The position numbers and the translations under genes are program-made. A DNA stretch of 42,952 nt, taken from positions 1 to 42,952 of IMG/VR virus record IMGVR_UViG_3300033489_000022, one strand, 5' to 3'. The first letter of the stretch is position 1; every line of letters begins with the position of its first letter. The notes below the pieces were generated by a model. The model worked only from the letters and a program-made list of their open reading frames with translations, made no database searches and had not been told where the DNA came from. Positions 18,548 through 26,325 of this stretch are shown here, one piece after another. This stretch comes from a virus. Its lineage: Duplodnaviria > Caudoviricetes.

Positions 18548-18874
18548 ATGTTGCAGATTGATCCGGTTATATGGAGCTTGGCGACTTTGATCGCCGGCGC
18601 GATGCTGACGGCATTGGTGCTGGCTGTTGGACATTGGTTCCCCTGGCCCCAGACGTTGGATCGCGTCTCGGCCTATGTGTACGGTGTGCTCTCGATCCTG
18701 GCCGGCTTTGCGCTTTGGCGGTTCCTCAACGCAGATTGGCGGACGATCATCGGGCTGGTGATCATCTGCTGCGCCGGCGGCGCGACGGTCGTCCTGGCCT
18801 ACAGGATTGACGGCTGGGTGCTGGCGATCCGCCAGGCGCGCAAGATCGAGGCGACCGATGCCGACCTCACGTGA
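18548..18874 (+). CDS. Membrane protein, about 3 TM helices
   Basis: Three hydrophobic segments. Confidence 0.6.
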   Translation: MLQIDPVIWSLATLIAGAMLTALVLAVGHWFPWPQTLDRVSAYVYGVLSILAGFALWRFLNADWRTIIGLVIICCAGGATVVLAYRIDGWVLAIRQARKIEATDADLT

Positions 18875-19088
18875 GGATGCCTGGGATCGGGTGCGATCGC
18901 TGGAGACACTGCTGGCGTTGTTGAGCATCATCGAGGATCGCCGTCGGGTGATCCGCACACACGCCTGGCGTGAGGGCAGTTGGCAGCAGGTCTTTGTGGA
19001 AGCGACGGCGATGGAGCATGACCTCAAGCTGTTTCGAGACACGCTTTCGGAGCGATGGCACGAGCTGATGGATGATGCCCAAATGTAG
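18858..19088 (+). CDS. Hypothetical protein
   Basis: Overlapping ORF in early operon. Confidence 0.45.
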   Translation: MPTSREDAWDRVRSLETLLALLSIIEDRRRVIRTHAWREGSWQQVFVEATAMEHDLKLFRDTLSERWHELMDDAQM

Positions 19089-21051
19089 CCGCTGCGGGCG
19101 CGCGCTGCGCTCGCCGGCCAGCATCGCAAAGGGCATCGGACCGGATTGTGAAGGCCATGTCCATGGACATGGGTTGAATGCCAGCAGCGCCGGCGGCGTA
19201 TGCCGGAACCCCGAGAACCTCGGGAACCCGGCCATGTCGCCGGCGTTGGCCTGGCCTATTTGGAAAGGAAGCTGTGAGATGGAGAATATCTGGATTCCTG
19301 AATTGGTTCCGCTCGACCAGGTAGACCCGAATCCCTGGCAGGTGCGGGCCGAAGATGCGGCGCACGTGATGGACGTGGCGCGCAGCATCGCCGAGCACGA
19401 TCTGATCCAACCCGGCACGGGGCGTCGGATGGATGGGCGGGTGCAATTGGCGATCGCGCACACGCGCCTGGCGGCGTTTCGATATCTCGACGAGCAGTTC
19501 GGCGCGCGCGGGAATGGTCAGGCGGGCGACCGCTATGTGGCGTTCCCGGTGATTGTGCGCGAGCTGAGCGATGAGCAGATGGCGGCGTACGCCATCGAGG
19601 AGAATTTCAAGCGCAAGGACCTTTCGGCGATTGAAAAGGGCAAGGCGTTGCAGCGGTACATGGCCGATTTTGGCAAGACGCAGGCAGAGGCCGGCGAGCG
19701 GTTCAACCTGACACAGCCGGCGGTCTCGCATCTGCTGCGGCTGCTCGATTTGCCGGCGCCGGTGCAGGATCTGGTGAACCAGGGCCAGTTGCCGGAGCGA
19801 TTCGCACGGCAGCTTGTCAGCCTGGCTAAAGTCGCGCCGGAAGATGTGACCCAGGCGGCCCAGGTGATCGCCTCTGTGCCTGCGGAGGATCGGGATAAGA
19901 CTTCCGACCTGCAGATTGACATCTTGCTCGACGAGCATGGGCGACATCTGATGAGTCCCCGATCAGGTTCTTATTGGCCCTTGGATTGGCGGCCTGAATT
20001 GGAACCTGATGCTCTAACTTGCCACGATTGCCCGGCTCGATTGGTCGTGCATGGGGAATCCATATGCACCAACCTGGCTTGCTTCGAAGGACGCAAGATG
20101 GCCTGGCTCCAGCGGGAGCTGGAGCGTGTCGCAGACAAGTTCAAGATTGCAATCGCGGCGCCGGATGAATCGGCCAAGATGCTGGCTGTTGGCTATAGCA
20201 ACGCGAATGACATCAAGGCATTGCTCAAGCGCAAGAATAAGCCTGATTGCCTGCGAGTGATTCCGTCGCACGAGGGTGGCCACGAGTATTATCATGAATA
20301 TTATCATGCCGAGGCATTGGGGAGCAAGGTCGTTATGCTCGGCTCGACCGATCCGGCTGTTCTCAAGCGCGAACAGGAGGCCAAAGAGGCCCGGGCAAAG
20401 GGGACGGATCTGCCGGCGGATTCCGACGAGGCCCGCCATCAGGCGGCAGAGCAGAAAGAGGCTGAGCAAGATGAACGGCGCGAGGGTAGGGCGGCGGTGC
20501 GCCGGGCGCAATGGGATATCCCGTGGCTGATCTTTCACACGGCCGAGGCTTGCGGCGAGCAGTTGCAGGTGTCAGGCGCGGCGCTCGATTGGATGAACGA
20601 TCTGGTATTCAATGATTCACATCGTCCAACGGGTTGGAGCCAGTACCTTGATGAATGGGAGAAATTCGCGGACCAGGTCAAGGAGGCGAAAGGCAAGGCA
20701 TTGGAAGTCTTGATGCGCCGGCGGATGCTTGTGTGTCGGTTTTCCGATGAGATCTGGATAGGCTACGACCCGAAGCAAGCCTATGATTGGCCACGTTCGC
20801 TCCAAGTGGTCCAGGAAATCTGCGAGTCGTTGAATCTCAAGCCGGGCGCGGGTTGGAATGAGCCGCCGATCTGGAAGACGGAGACGAATTGCCACGTGTG
20901 CGGCAAGTTCAGCAGCATGGATCACATCACGAAGCGCGACGAGGAGGATGGCTGGGGGGCGGGCGAGCGGGTGACGTGCTCGGAGGAGTGCAGGGACAAG
21001 ACGCAAGTTGCAGGTCGCAAGTCGCAGGCCAAGTCAAAGGCGAAGCGGTAG
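19072..21051 (+). CDS. ParB/Spo0J-family protein with N-terminal Cys motif
   Basis: PNPWQVR, SIAEHDLIQP, HTRLAA, EENFKRKDLSAIEKG, HTH; N-terminal CSRCGRAL..PASIAKGIGPDC; alternative start 19279. Confidence 0.85.
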   Translation: MMPKCSRCGRALRSPASIAKGIGPDCEGHVHGHGLNASSAGGVCRNPENLGNPAMSPALAWPIWKGSCEMENIWIPELVPLDQVDPNPWQVRAEDAAHVMDVARSIAEHDLIQPGTGRRMDGRVQLAIAHTRLAAFRYLDEQFGARGNGQAGDRYVAFPVIVRELSDEQMAAYAIEENFKRKDLSAIEKGKALQRYMADFGKTQAEAGERFNLTQPAVSHLLRLLDLPAPVQDLVNQGQLPERFARQLVSLAKVAPEDVTQAAQVIASVPAEDRDKTSDLQIDILLDEHGRHLMSPRSGSYWPLDWRPELEPDALTCHDCPARLVVHGESICTNLACFEGRKMAWLQRELERVADKFKIAIAAPDESAKMLAVGYSNANDIKALLKRKNKPDCLRVIPSHEGGHEYYHEYYHAEALGSKVVMLGSTDPAVLKREQEAKEARAKGTDLPADSDEARHQAAEQKEAEQDERREGRAAVRRAQWDIPWLIFHTAEACGEQLQVSGAALDWMNDLVFNDSHRPTGWSQYLDEWEKFADQVKEAKGKALEVLMRRRMLVCRFSDEIWIGYDPKQAYDWPRSLQVVQEICESLNLKPGAGWNEPPIWKTETNCHVCGKFSSMDHITKRDEEDGWGAGERVTCSEECRDKTQVAGRKSQAKSKAKR

Positions 21052-21061
21052 GAGATAAGCG

Positions 21062-21418
21062 ATGATGTTGATTGCCTTTCCAGAAAATATCAACTCGGTC
21101 ACGCAAGAATTTCAATCAGAAACATCAATCAAGAGAACTCTTACGGATGCGATCAATAAGTATGGGTGCAAAGAACAGTGGGAAGTATCCATAACAGTCC
21201 TTGACAGTGTATGCCCTTTGTGCGGAGCGCGGGGACTAATTACACCTGTTATGGACCAATGTTTTCAGCAAAATGGGCACAAGCATAAGTGGCGCAATGA
21301 GTTCATAAATTCAATCTATGGAGGCGGGAAATCTTTTGATGAAGCAATTTCCAAAGCGGAACTTGACGCCAAAAGATTTTTGGAGTTATTGAGAGATACA
21401 CAAGGAGATCGCAAGTGA
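21062..21418 (+). CDS. Hypothetical protein
   Basis: AT-rich ORF with CPLC. Confidence 0.55.
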   Translation: MMLIAFPENINSVTQEFQSETSIKRTLTDAINKYGCKEQWEVSITVLDSVCPLCGARGLITPVMDQCFQQNGHKHKWRNEFINSIYGGGKSFDEAISKAELDAKRFLELLRDTQGDRK

Positions 21419-21645
21419 ACAAACCAACACAGCCGATGCCAACGTTGCAGCAGGCGCTTGATGCAGAAAGTTATGAATGGCTGGCAGGGACGCATCCTGT
21501 CATTCTAGGTGCGCTTGAGCGCGAGGTGGCCGGGGGGCGAACGCCTGATCAGATTCGGCTATTCGTGTTGCGTCAGACAGGACGCTTCGAGATCGCCCTG
21601 CGCTGCGAGCAGGTGGCGCGTCACATTTTGACGTTTGCGGGATAG
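21415..21645 (+). CDS. Hypothetical protein
   Basis: GTG start after AGGAG, GTGA overlap. Confidence 0.6.
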   Translation: MNKPTQPMPTLQQALDAESYEWLAGTHPVILGALEREVAGGRTPDQIRLFVLRQTGRFEIALRCEQVARHILTFAG

Positions 21646-21652
21646 TCACCGG

Positions 21653-21680
21653 TGTAGCGATAATGGGAATTATCTGACGC
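21653..21680 (-). repeat. dif/Xer-like 28-bp site 8
   Basis: Reverse strand GCGTCAGATAA-TTCCCA-TTATCGCTACA. Confidence 0.65.
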
Positions 21681-21801
21681 ATGGACAAAAGGAAATTTGA
21701 CGACTGGCTATCGAAAGAGAGAGCGGGCTGGTCCGTGCCGATCCAGGCTCCGATATTTCCCATCACGGTTGTTAGGCCGCTTTGCGGCAAACGGAGTCAA
21801 T

Positions 21802-22008
21802 ATGGAAGTCAGACGTGATGTCACCTGTTGTAATATGAGATTTGAGGCCTGGTTTTCTGTTGGGACAAACGATGATTTCGTATGTCCTTTCTGTGGCAAG
21901 CGTTTCGTGCTTAGTGGCAGCGGCCTAACTCCCGTTGCAGTTGACGGCGCTGGGCCGTCTGACACCGAAGCGAGCGCGGATAGCGACCGCGCCGCAACTG
22001 AACTCTGA
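21802..22008 (+). CDS. Cassette A1 ORF, zinc-ribbon hypothetical
   Basis: GGAG RBS; TCC...CPFCG; reads through attC. Confidence 0.6.
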   Translation: MEVRRDVTCCNMRFEAWFSVGTNDDFVCPFCGKRFVLSGSGLTPVAVDGAGPSDTEASADSDRAATEL

Positions 22009-22016
22009 CGTTAGAC
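21923..22016 (+). repeat. attC site 1
   Basis: GCCTAAC..TT(G)CAGTTG(A)CGGCGC...GCGCCGCAACTGAA..GTTAGAC. Confidence 0.85.
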
Positions 22017-22025
22017 GGAGGAATC

Positions 22026-22310
22026 ATGAAGGCGTTTGAACCAATAGTAATCAAACCTGGAAAAGAGAAAGAAGTAATTCAATGGCTGAAGTCTAAAATA
22101 GAAATCGAGAAAGACGAACAGATGAAGGAAATGATGAAGTCAGTATTGTTCGCTTTTGAGAATAACAGAGACGGTATTACTCAGATGTCTGTACCCGTTA
22201 AGATTGTAAGCACTCCGTCTAACAACGGCGTGCAGCCGACCGCGCCAGTAGCTAAGCGCAAGAGTCGTAAATCGAACAGCCGAAAATCTAGCAAGGGCCG
22301 CGGCGGCTGA
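22026..22310 (+). CDS. Cassette A2 ORF, hypothetical
   Basis: GGAGG RBS overlapping R' extension; reads through attC. Confidence 0.65.
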   Translation: MKAFEPIVIKPGKEKEVIQWLKSKIEIEKDEQMKEMMKSVLFAFENNRDGITQMSVPVKIVSTPSNNGVQPTAPVAKRKSRKSNSRKSSKGRGG

Positions 22311-22326
22311 CACCGGGCCGTTAGGC
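22217..22326 (+). repeat. attC site 2
   Basis: GTCTAAC..GT(G)CAGCCG(A)CCGCG...CGCGGCGGCTGAC..GTTAGGC. Confidence 0.85.
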
Positions 22327-22341
22327 CGCGAAAGGAAACCG

Positions 22342-22638
22342 ATGCCGAAGAAAACGGGATTCACAATTAGATTACTGCCATTCGCTGATGTGTATGAATC
22401 TCTTGAGCTTATGACCAGTAAAGAACTGGAACAAATCATTTTTGATTGTAGTCGTCCAAGAGGAAATAATTGCTGGTATGCCTTCTATCGCGTTGCGCCA
22501 CATGTCAAAAGAATGGTATTGGAAATTGCGTCACGGCGCGGCCTAACTCTCGCTGGAGCCGACGCGCCAAGCGCACCGGAATTGAATGATGATTCACCAG
22601 CCGATGCGCCGTCCAGTGCGGCGCGCGGCTCAGCTTAG
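22342..22638 (+). CDS. Cassette A3 ORF, hypothetical
   Basis: AAGGA RBS; reads through attC. Confidence 0.65.
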   Translation: MPKKTGFTIRLLPFADVYESLELMTSKELEQIIFDCSRPRGNNCWYAFYRVAPHVKRMVLEIASRRGLTLAGADAPSAPELNDDSPADAPSSAARGSA

Positions 22639-22647
22639 ACGTTAGAA
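22541..22647 (+). repeat. attC site 3
   Basis: GCCTAAC..CTG(G)AGCCG(A)CGCGCC...GGCGCGCGGCTCAG..GTTAGAA. Confidence 0.85.
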
Positions 22648-22666
22648 GGCTGAGAAAAGGAGTCTT

Positions 22667-23101
22667 ATGTTCAGAAACTTTCACGTCCATGCCGAACCAA
22701 GATGGCAAGCTCACGGGATTATGCTGCACTTCTACGAGCGACAACAAAACGGAGATATATCATTGTTGTCCGGGTTACAGTTTACAACCGTGAAAGAAGG
22801 CGAATCCGTAGAGCCACAAGAATCTATTGTTATGCCACTTGAAACCGCCCAAGAACTGATTGATAGTCTTTGGCAATGTGGATTGCGTCCATCCGAAGGG
22901 TCGGGTTCTGCCGGTTCTTTGAAGGCAACCGAGAACCACTTGAAAGATTTGCAAACTTTATCATGGCGTCTTTTGAGCATAGTTGAGCGCACGCCTTCTA
23001 ACACTGCGTCCACTGCAAGCATCCTGTTTGGACAACTTCCCAAAGCATCGACGCCGCCGAACAAGCGGATGAAGCCGACGCTGAGCAGCGAGCGCGGATA
23101 G
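22667..23101 (+). CDS. Cassette A4 ORF, phage-type hypothetical
   Basis: AGGAG RBS; AQELIDSLWQCGLRPSEGSGSAG..ATE.HL.D. Confidence 0.7.
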   Translation: MFRNFHVHAEPRWQAHGIMLHFYERQQNGDISLLSGLQFTTVKEGESVEPQESIVMPLETAQELIDSLWQCGLRPSEGSGSAGSLKATENHLKDLQTLSWRLLSIVERTPSNTASTASILFGQLPKASTPPNKRMKPTLSSERG

Positions 23102-23178
23102 CGACCGCGCCACAACTGAACTCTGACGTTGGGCCGCAAGGCCGCAGATTTGGAACGCGGCCTACTCCCGTTGCAGTT
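22996..23178 (+). repeat. Chimeric/decayed attC remnants
   Basis: TTCTAAC left end, second left half GCCGAACAAGCGGATGAAGCCGAC, near-copy of attC1 right half ending GTTGGGC (23128-23134), then truncated attC1-like left half. Confidence 0.65.
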
Positions 23179-23193
23179 TGGAAATGGTGAGGA

Positions 23194-23661
23194 ATGACAA
23201 CTTACGCGCGTGGGACCAATGTCTCGACGATGGCCAGCCGGGTCGAGATCGAACGGACGCTGAAACGGTTCGGGGTTTCTGACGTCCTCTGCCTGGAATG
23301 GCGCGGCAAGGCTGCGGTCGTTTTTGAGTTTCAGGGCAAGCGCATCCGGTTGACGGCCGATTTGCCGACCGAGGTTCGCACCCCCAAAGGTCGCAGGCCC
23401 CTGCATCCTGAAAAGGCGCTCGAGCAAGAAACCCGCGAGCGATGGCGGGCGCTTCTGGTGAGCATCAAGGGCAGCATGAGCGCGATCGAGGCCGGGATCA
23501 AGACCTTTGAGCAGGCGTTTATCGGCGACATTCTCCTGCCGAATGGCAAGACCGTTTCCGAGTGGGCCTTGCCGCAGGTCGAGCGGGCCTACCAATCCGG
23601 CCAGATGCCGCCTTTGCTGTTTTTGCCGGAAACAACTCAAGAGATCGTTGGAGATGGATAG
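23194..23661 (+). CDS. Phage hypothetical protein
   Basis: GAGGA RBS; 155 aa. Confidence 0.7.
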   Translation: MTTYARGTNVSTMASRVEIERTLKRFGVSDVLCLEWRGKAAVVFEFQGKRIRLTADLPTEVRTPKGRRPLHPEKALEQETRERWRALLVSIKGSMSAIEAGIKTFEQAFIGDILLPNGKTVSEWALPQVERAYQSGQMPPLLFLPETTQEIVGDG

Positions 23662-23985
23662 ATGAACCCTATAGTGTTGGCGGTATTTCTTGGAGGCGCT
23701 TTCCTTATTGGATTTGGGATTGCGGCCTTGGATCTCATGCTCCGACACCCCACACACAAACTCAAGATTGACCGCAAAGTCGAAACGATTGACGTGACAC
23801 ACATTGTCCCGTTGATCATTTTGTTTGAGCATAGTGCCCCCGGCAGCGACAAAAGCAGGCTCTATCTAGCCAGGTTGGCTGAGCTGATCGGTAAGAACCC
23901 GGAAACTACCGTGGCTCGTCTGGATGCGATCTCGACGTTTCGTCAAAAAAGGTTTTGGGGGGAAATGCTAAAGAAATTGCTCTAG
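23662..23985 (+). CDS. Hypothetical membrane-anchored protein
   Basis: N-terminal TM helix. Confidence 0.55.
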   Translation: MNPIVLAVFLGGAFLIGFGIAALDLMLRHPTHKLKIDRKVETIDVTHIVPLIILFEHSAPGSDKSRLYLARLAELIGKNPETTVARLDAISTFRQKRFWGEMLKKLL

Positions 23986-24065
23986 CTCTCTTCGCGTAAC
24001 CAGTACATGAGCACGAGCCAAGTCGCACCCATCCCAATCCTCATCCCATCTACACACTCTAAAAG

Positions 24066-24851
24066 ATGAATGACAAAGTAGACATTTTGACGCCTGATCA
24101 GGTTTGGACGGCTGTACTCGGCGATTTGCAATTGCAGTTGACCGGGGCCACCTTCGAGCAGTGGCTCCAGCGGACCCGCTGTGTTTCGTGCAATGGCGAT
24201 GGATTTGTGATCGCCGTGCACAACGAGTCTGCCAGGGAATGGATCGAGGCGCGCCTGGCGGGGATGATCCAGCGGGCGCTGGCAGCTCGGGTCGGGCAGC
24301 CGGCGGTGAAGATAAGATTCATTACTGATACGCCCAAGGCAACCCTGGAGATAGTTGAGCCGAGAGGATTTATCCTGCCGGATTTTGATCCGAAAGAGGC
24401 CGGCTGGTTTGATGTGACCGGATACGCTTCGACCTTCTGGGCGGCGCTGCTAGGGCGGATCGCCTGGCGCGTCTGGGAGATTGTTCGTGAGGCGGACCAT
24501 CGCCGGGACAAGAGTGAATGGACGCCGGCCAGGCGTTGGACGGCGCCGCGCCTGGCTGAGCTGGTGCCCTGCGGCCGGCAGGCCATCATCGGCGTGACCC
24601 GTGGAGATCGCCGGCAGATCGGTGCGTTTGGCCGGTTGGAAGAACTGGGCATTGCCCAGGTACAGCGCCAGGGCGTGAATCCGCACGTCATCTACACGCT
24701 CAGCGTGCAGACTCGATTGGCGCTCTTGTCGCCTACTCATACCCAGCAACTCGGCGAGAATCTGCGGGTCAAGCACGATCACTGGCTAGAGGAACATGGG
24801 TTCGATCCGAAAGATTGGTTTCCGCATAATCCTAGTTGTGGCAACGAATAG
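24066..24851 (+). CDS. Putative replication initiator with DnaA N-terminal domain
   Basis: QVWTAVLGDLQLQLTGATFEQWLQRT...N..AREWIE.RL resembles DnaA domain I; wHTH-like C-terminus. Confidence 0.7.
   Translation: MNDKVDILTPDQVWTAVLGDLQLQLTGATFEQWLQRTRCVSCNGDGFVIAVHNESAREWIEARLAGMIQRALAARVGQPAVKIRFITDTPKATLEIVEPRGFILPDFDPKEAGWFDVTGYASTFWAALLGRIAWRVWEIVREADHRRDKSEWTPARRWTAPRLAELVPCGRQAIIGVTRGDRRQIGAFGRLEELGIAQVQRQGVNPHVIYTLSVQTRLALLSPTHTQQLGENLRVKHDHWLEEHGFDPKDWFPHNPSCGNE
24305..24332 (+). repeat. dif/Xer-like 28-bp site 9 (intragenic, at domain boundary)
   Basis: GGTGAAGATAA-GATTCA-TTACTGATACG, encoding VKIRFITDT. Confidence 0.7.
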
Positions 24852-24869
24852 AAGCAAGTGAAAACTGCT

Positions 24870-24998
24870 GCCTAACACTGCATGCACCCGACCGCCCATA
24901 CGCCGCAAGTTCCAGGGCTACTTTCGCGTGGTCATCACCTTTCGGGGCGCAGGCGTTCTTCGTCGCACCCTGGTCGGCGGGTGATGCTTCCGTTGGGC
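24870..24998 (+). repeat. attC site 5 (no matching upstream cassette start seen)
   Basis: GCCTAAC..AT(G)CACCCG(A)CCG...CGGCGGGTGAT..GTTGGGC. Confidence 0.8.
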
Positions 24999-25014
24999 GG
25001 ACAAGGAGAAAACG

Positions 25015-25263
25015 ATGAGTGAATTGAAACACATGAACAAACTCGTTAGGAAATGGAGAGCGCGGGCTGAAGATTGCGGCCCGGCAGCACGTGCTTATTT
25101 GGACGCCGCCAATGATCTTGAATCTGAAATCAATAAGTCCGCCCAACTAGTCGTTGCAGTTGACGGCGCTGGGCCATCTAACATCGAAGCGCTCCGCCAT
25201 AGTATTCAAGATGAGGATGATGAGACTCAAAGCGCAAACGACCGCGCCGCAACTGAACTTTGA
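25015..25263 (+). CDS. Cassette B1 ORF, hypothetical
   Basis: AAGGAG RBS; reads through attC. Confidence 0.6.
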   Translation: MSELKHMNKLVRKWRARAEDCGPAARAYLDAANDLESEINKSAQLVVAVDGAGPSNIEALRHSIQDEDDETQSANDRAATEL

Positions 25264-25271
25264 CGTTAGAC
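25141..25271 (+). repeat. attC site 6 (same family as attC1)
   Basis: GCCCAAC..TT(G)CAGTTG(A)CGGCGC...GCGCCGCAACTGAA..GTTAGAC. Confidence 0.85.
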
Positions 25272-25287
25272 GGACGGAGGGCAAACA

Positions 25288-25494
25288 TTGGCCGAGTATA
25301 GGGTTTGCATCGGAAGTTTATCAAGCCTTGAAGAAATGGTTTCTCGGCTTATTTCAGATGGATGGGAATGTGTCGGCGGCGCATCTGTTTTCTTGCCACA
25401 GACAAACACATCCCCGCCATTGTTGATGCAGGCTGTTTGTCGTCCGTCTAACAACGGCTTGCAGTTGACGGGGCAAAGTGCGCCCCGCAACTGA
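25288..25494 (+). CDS. Cassette B2 ORF, small hypothetical
   Basis: GGAGG RBS, TTG start; LEEMVSRLISDGWECVGGAS...QA. Confidence 0.6.
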   Translation: MAEYRVCIGSLSSLEEMVSRLISDGWECVGGASVFLPQTNTSPPLLMQAVCRPSNNGLQLTGQSAPRN

Positions 25495-25509
25495 AGCCGA
25501 CCGTTAGGC
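25446..25509 (+). repeat. attC site 7 (64 bp)
   Basis: GTCTAAC AACGGC TT(G)CAGTTG(A)CGGGGC AAAGTGC GCCCCGCAACTGAA GCCGACC GTTAGGC. Confidence 0.9.
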
Positions 25510-25524
25510 CGCGAAAGGAGACTG

Positions 25525-25680
25525 ATGAAAAATTTACTAGCCGAAGACCGTTCGGTGCGTGAGGTTTGCGAAGAAATCTTGCGCGGCAGTTATCCAGAAA
25601 TTGCCAAGCAACTAGCCCGGCAACTCATTGAGGCGCTCGATGAACTTGATAGGCGCGGCCTAACTACGGCGTCAAGCTGA
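25525..25680 (+). CDS. Cassette B3 ORF, 51 aa (not in ORF track)
   Basis: AAGGAG RBS; MKNLLAEDRSVREVCEEILRGSYPEIAKQLARQLIEALDELDRRGLTTASS. Confidence 0.6.
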   Translation: MKNLLAEDRSVREVCEEILRGSYPEIAKQLARQLIEALDELDRRGLTTASS

Positions 25681-25710
25681 CGCTTCGCGCAGCTTACGCC
25701 AACATTAGGC
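25658..25710 (+). repeat. attC site 8 (53 bp, R' G-to-A variant)
   Basis: GCCTAAC TACGGC GT(C)AAGCTG(A)CGC TTC GCGCAGCTTAC GCCAAC ATTAGGC. Confidence 0.8.
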
Positions 25711-25717
25711 GGCTAAA

Positions 25718-25900
25718 ATGCGCAAACAACGAGTCTTGGTAACAAAAGAAAGCAATGGCAGTTGGGTAGCTCAAGAGCAATGGTGCGCCAGTTTTGAAAG
25801 AAGTTGGCATATCACAAAGCAAGCCTCGGGAGAAACCGCCTTGCAAGCCGTGAGCCGCCTAACAACGGCTTGCACGCGACCGGGTAAGCTGCGACCTTAA
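25718..25900 (+). CDS. Cassette B4 ORF, hypothetical
   Basis: ATG just after R'; stops inside attC loop. Confidence 0.5.
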   Translation: MRKQRVLVTKESNGSWVAQEQWCASFERSWHITKQASGETALQAVSRLTTACTRPGKLRP

Positions 25901-25943
25901 CCATTAGCACTATTCCCGGCGCGTGAAGCCGGGGCCGTTAGGT
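25857..25943 (+). repeat. attC site 9
   Basis: GCCTAAC..TT(G)CACGCG(A)CCGGG...CCCGGCGCGTGAA..GTTAGGT. Confidence 0.85.
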
Positions 25944-25966
25944 TTCTTCTTTCAGGAGATTGGCAC

Positions 25967-26325
25967 ATGGATAAAATCACATTTTGTGGCGTGATAGCCG
26001 AAGGCGAAGATAGTCAGTTTTTGATTGGCGATAGTTTGCTTGCCGAAGAATTAGAAGATTGGGGCGGCAACGACCAAACCATACATTTGCGCTACACCGT
26101 CTCTAAACAACCCATAAACCCAGAAACAGTTGATGAAAAGGTTCTACAAACTTTATACGGGGTTTTAGACGCAGAGCATGGTTGTATCCCTTATTCGGAA
26201 TGGACAGGCTTCGTCGGATGGGATGATTATTTAGAAGTTGGCGGTCAGATTTGAAAAATGAGTTACTCACTTTTGAAGGTCAGTACTGTTATTTAGAGTT
26301 ATGGCGCAACGATGACGAAACCTAA
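25967..26325 (+). pseudogene. Cassette B5 ORF with apparent 1-bp deletion near 26248
   Basis: Stops at 26254; restoring one base gives VGG(H/Q)DLKNELLTFEGQYCYLELWRNDDET ending at the TAA inside R''. Confidence 0.55.

Larger units (their letters stand above)
21771..23178 (+). mobile_element. Integron-type gene cassette array A (4 cassettes plus remnants, no intI)
   Basis: G|TTAG cassette starts at 21771, 22010, 22320 and 22641, each the reverse complement of that cassette's own R'' end. Confidence 0.85.

Noticed and set aside
21184-21194. AGTATCCATAA half site within an ORF
   Set aside because: Second arm does not match.
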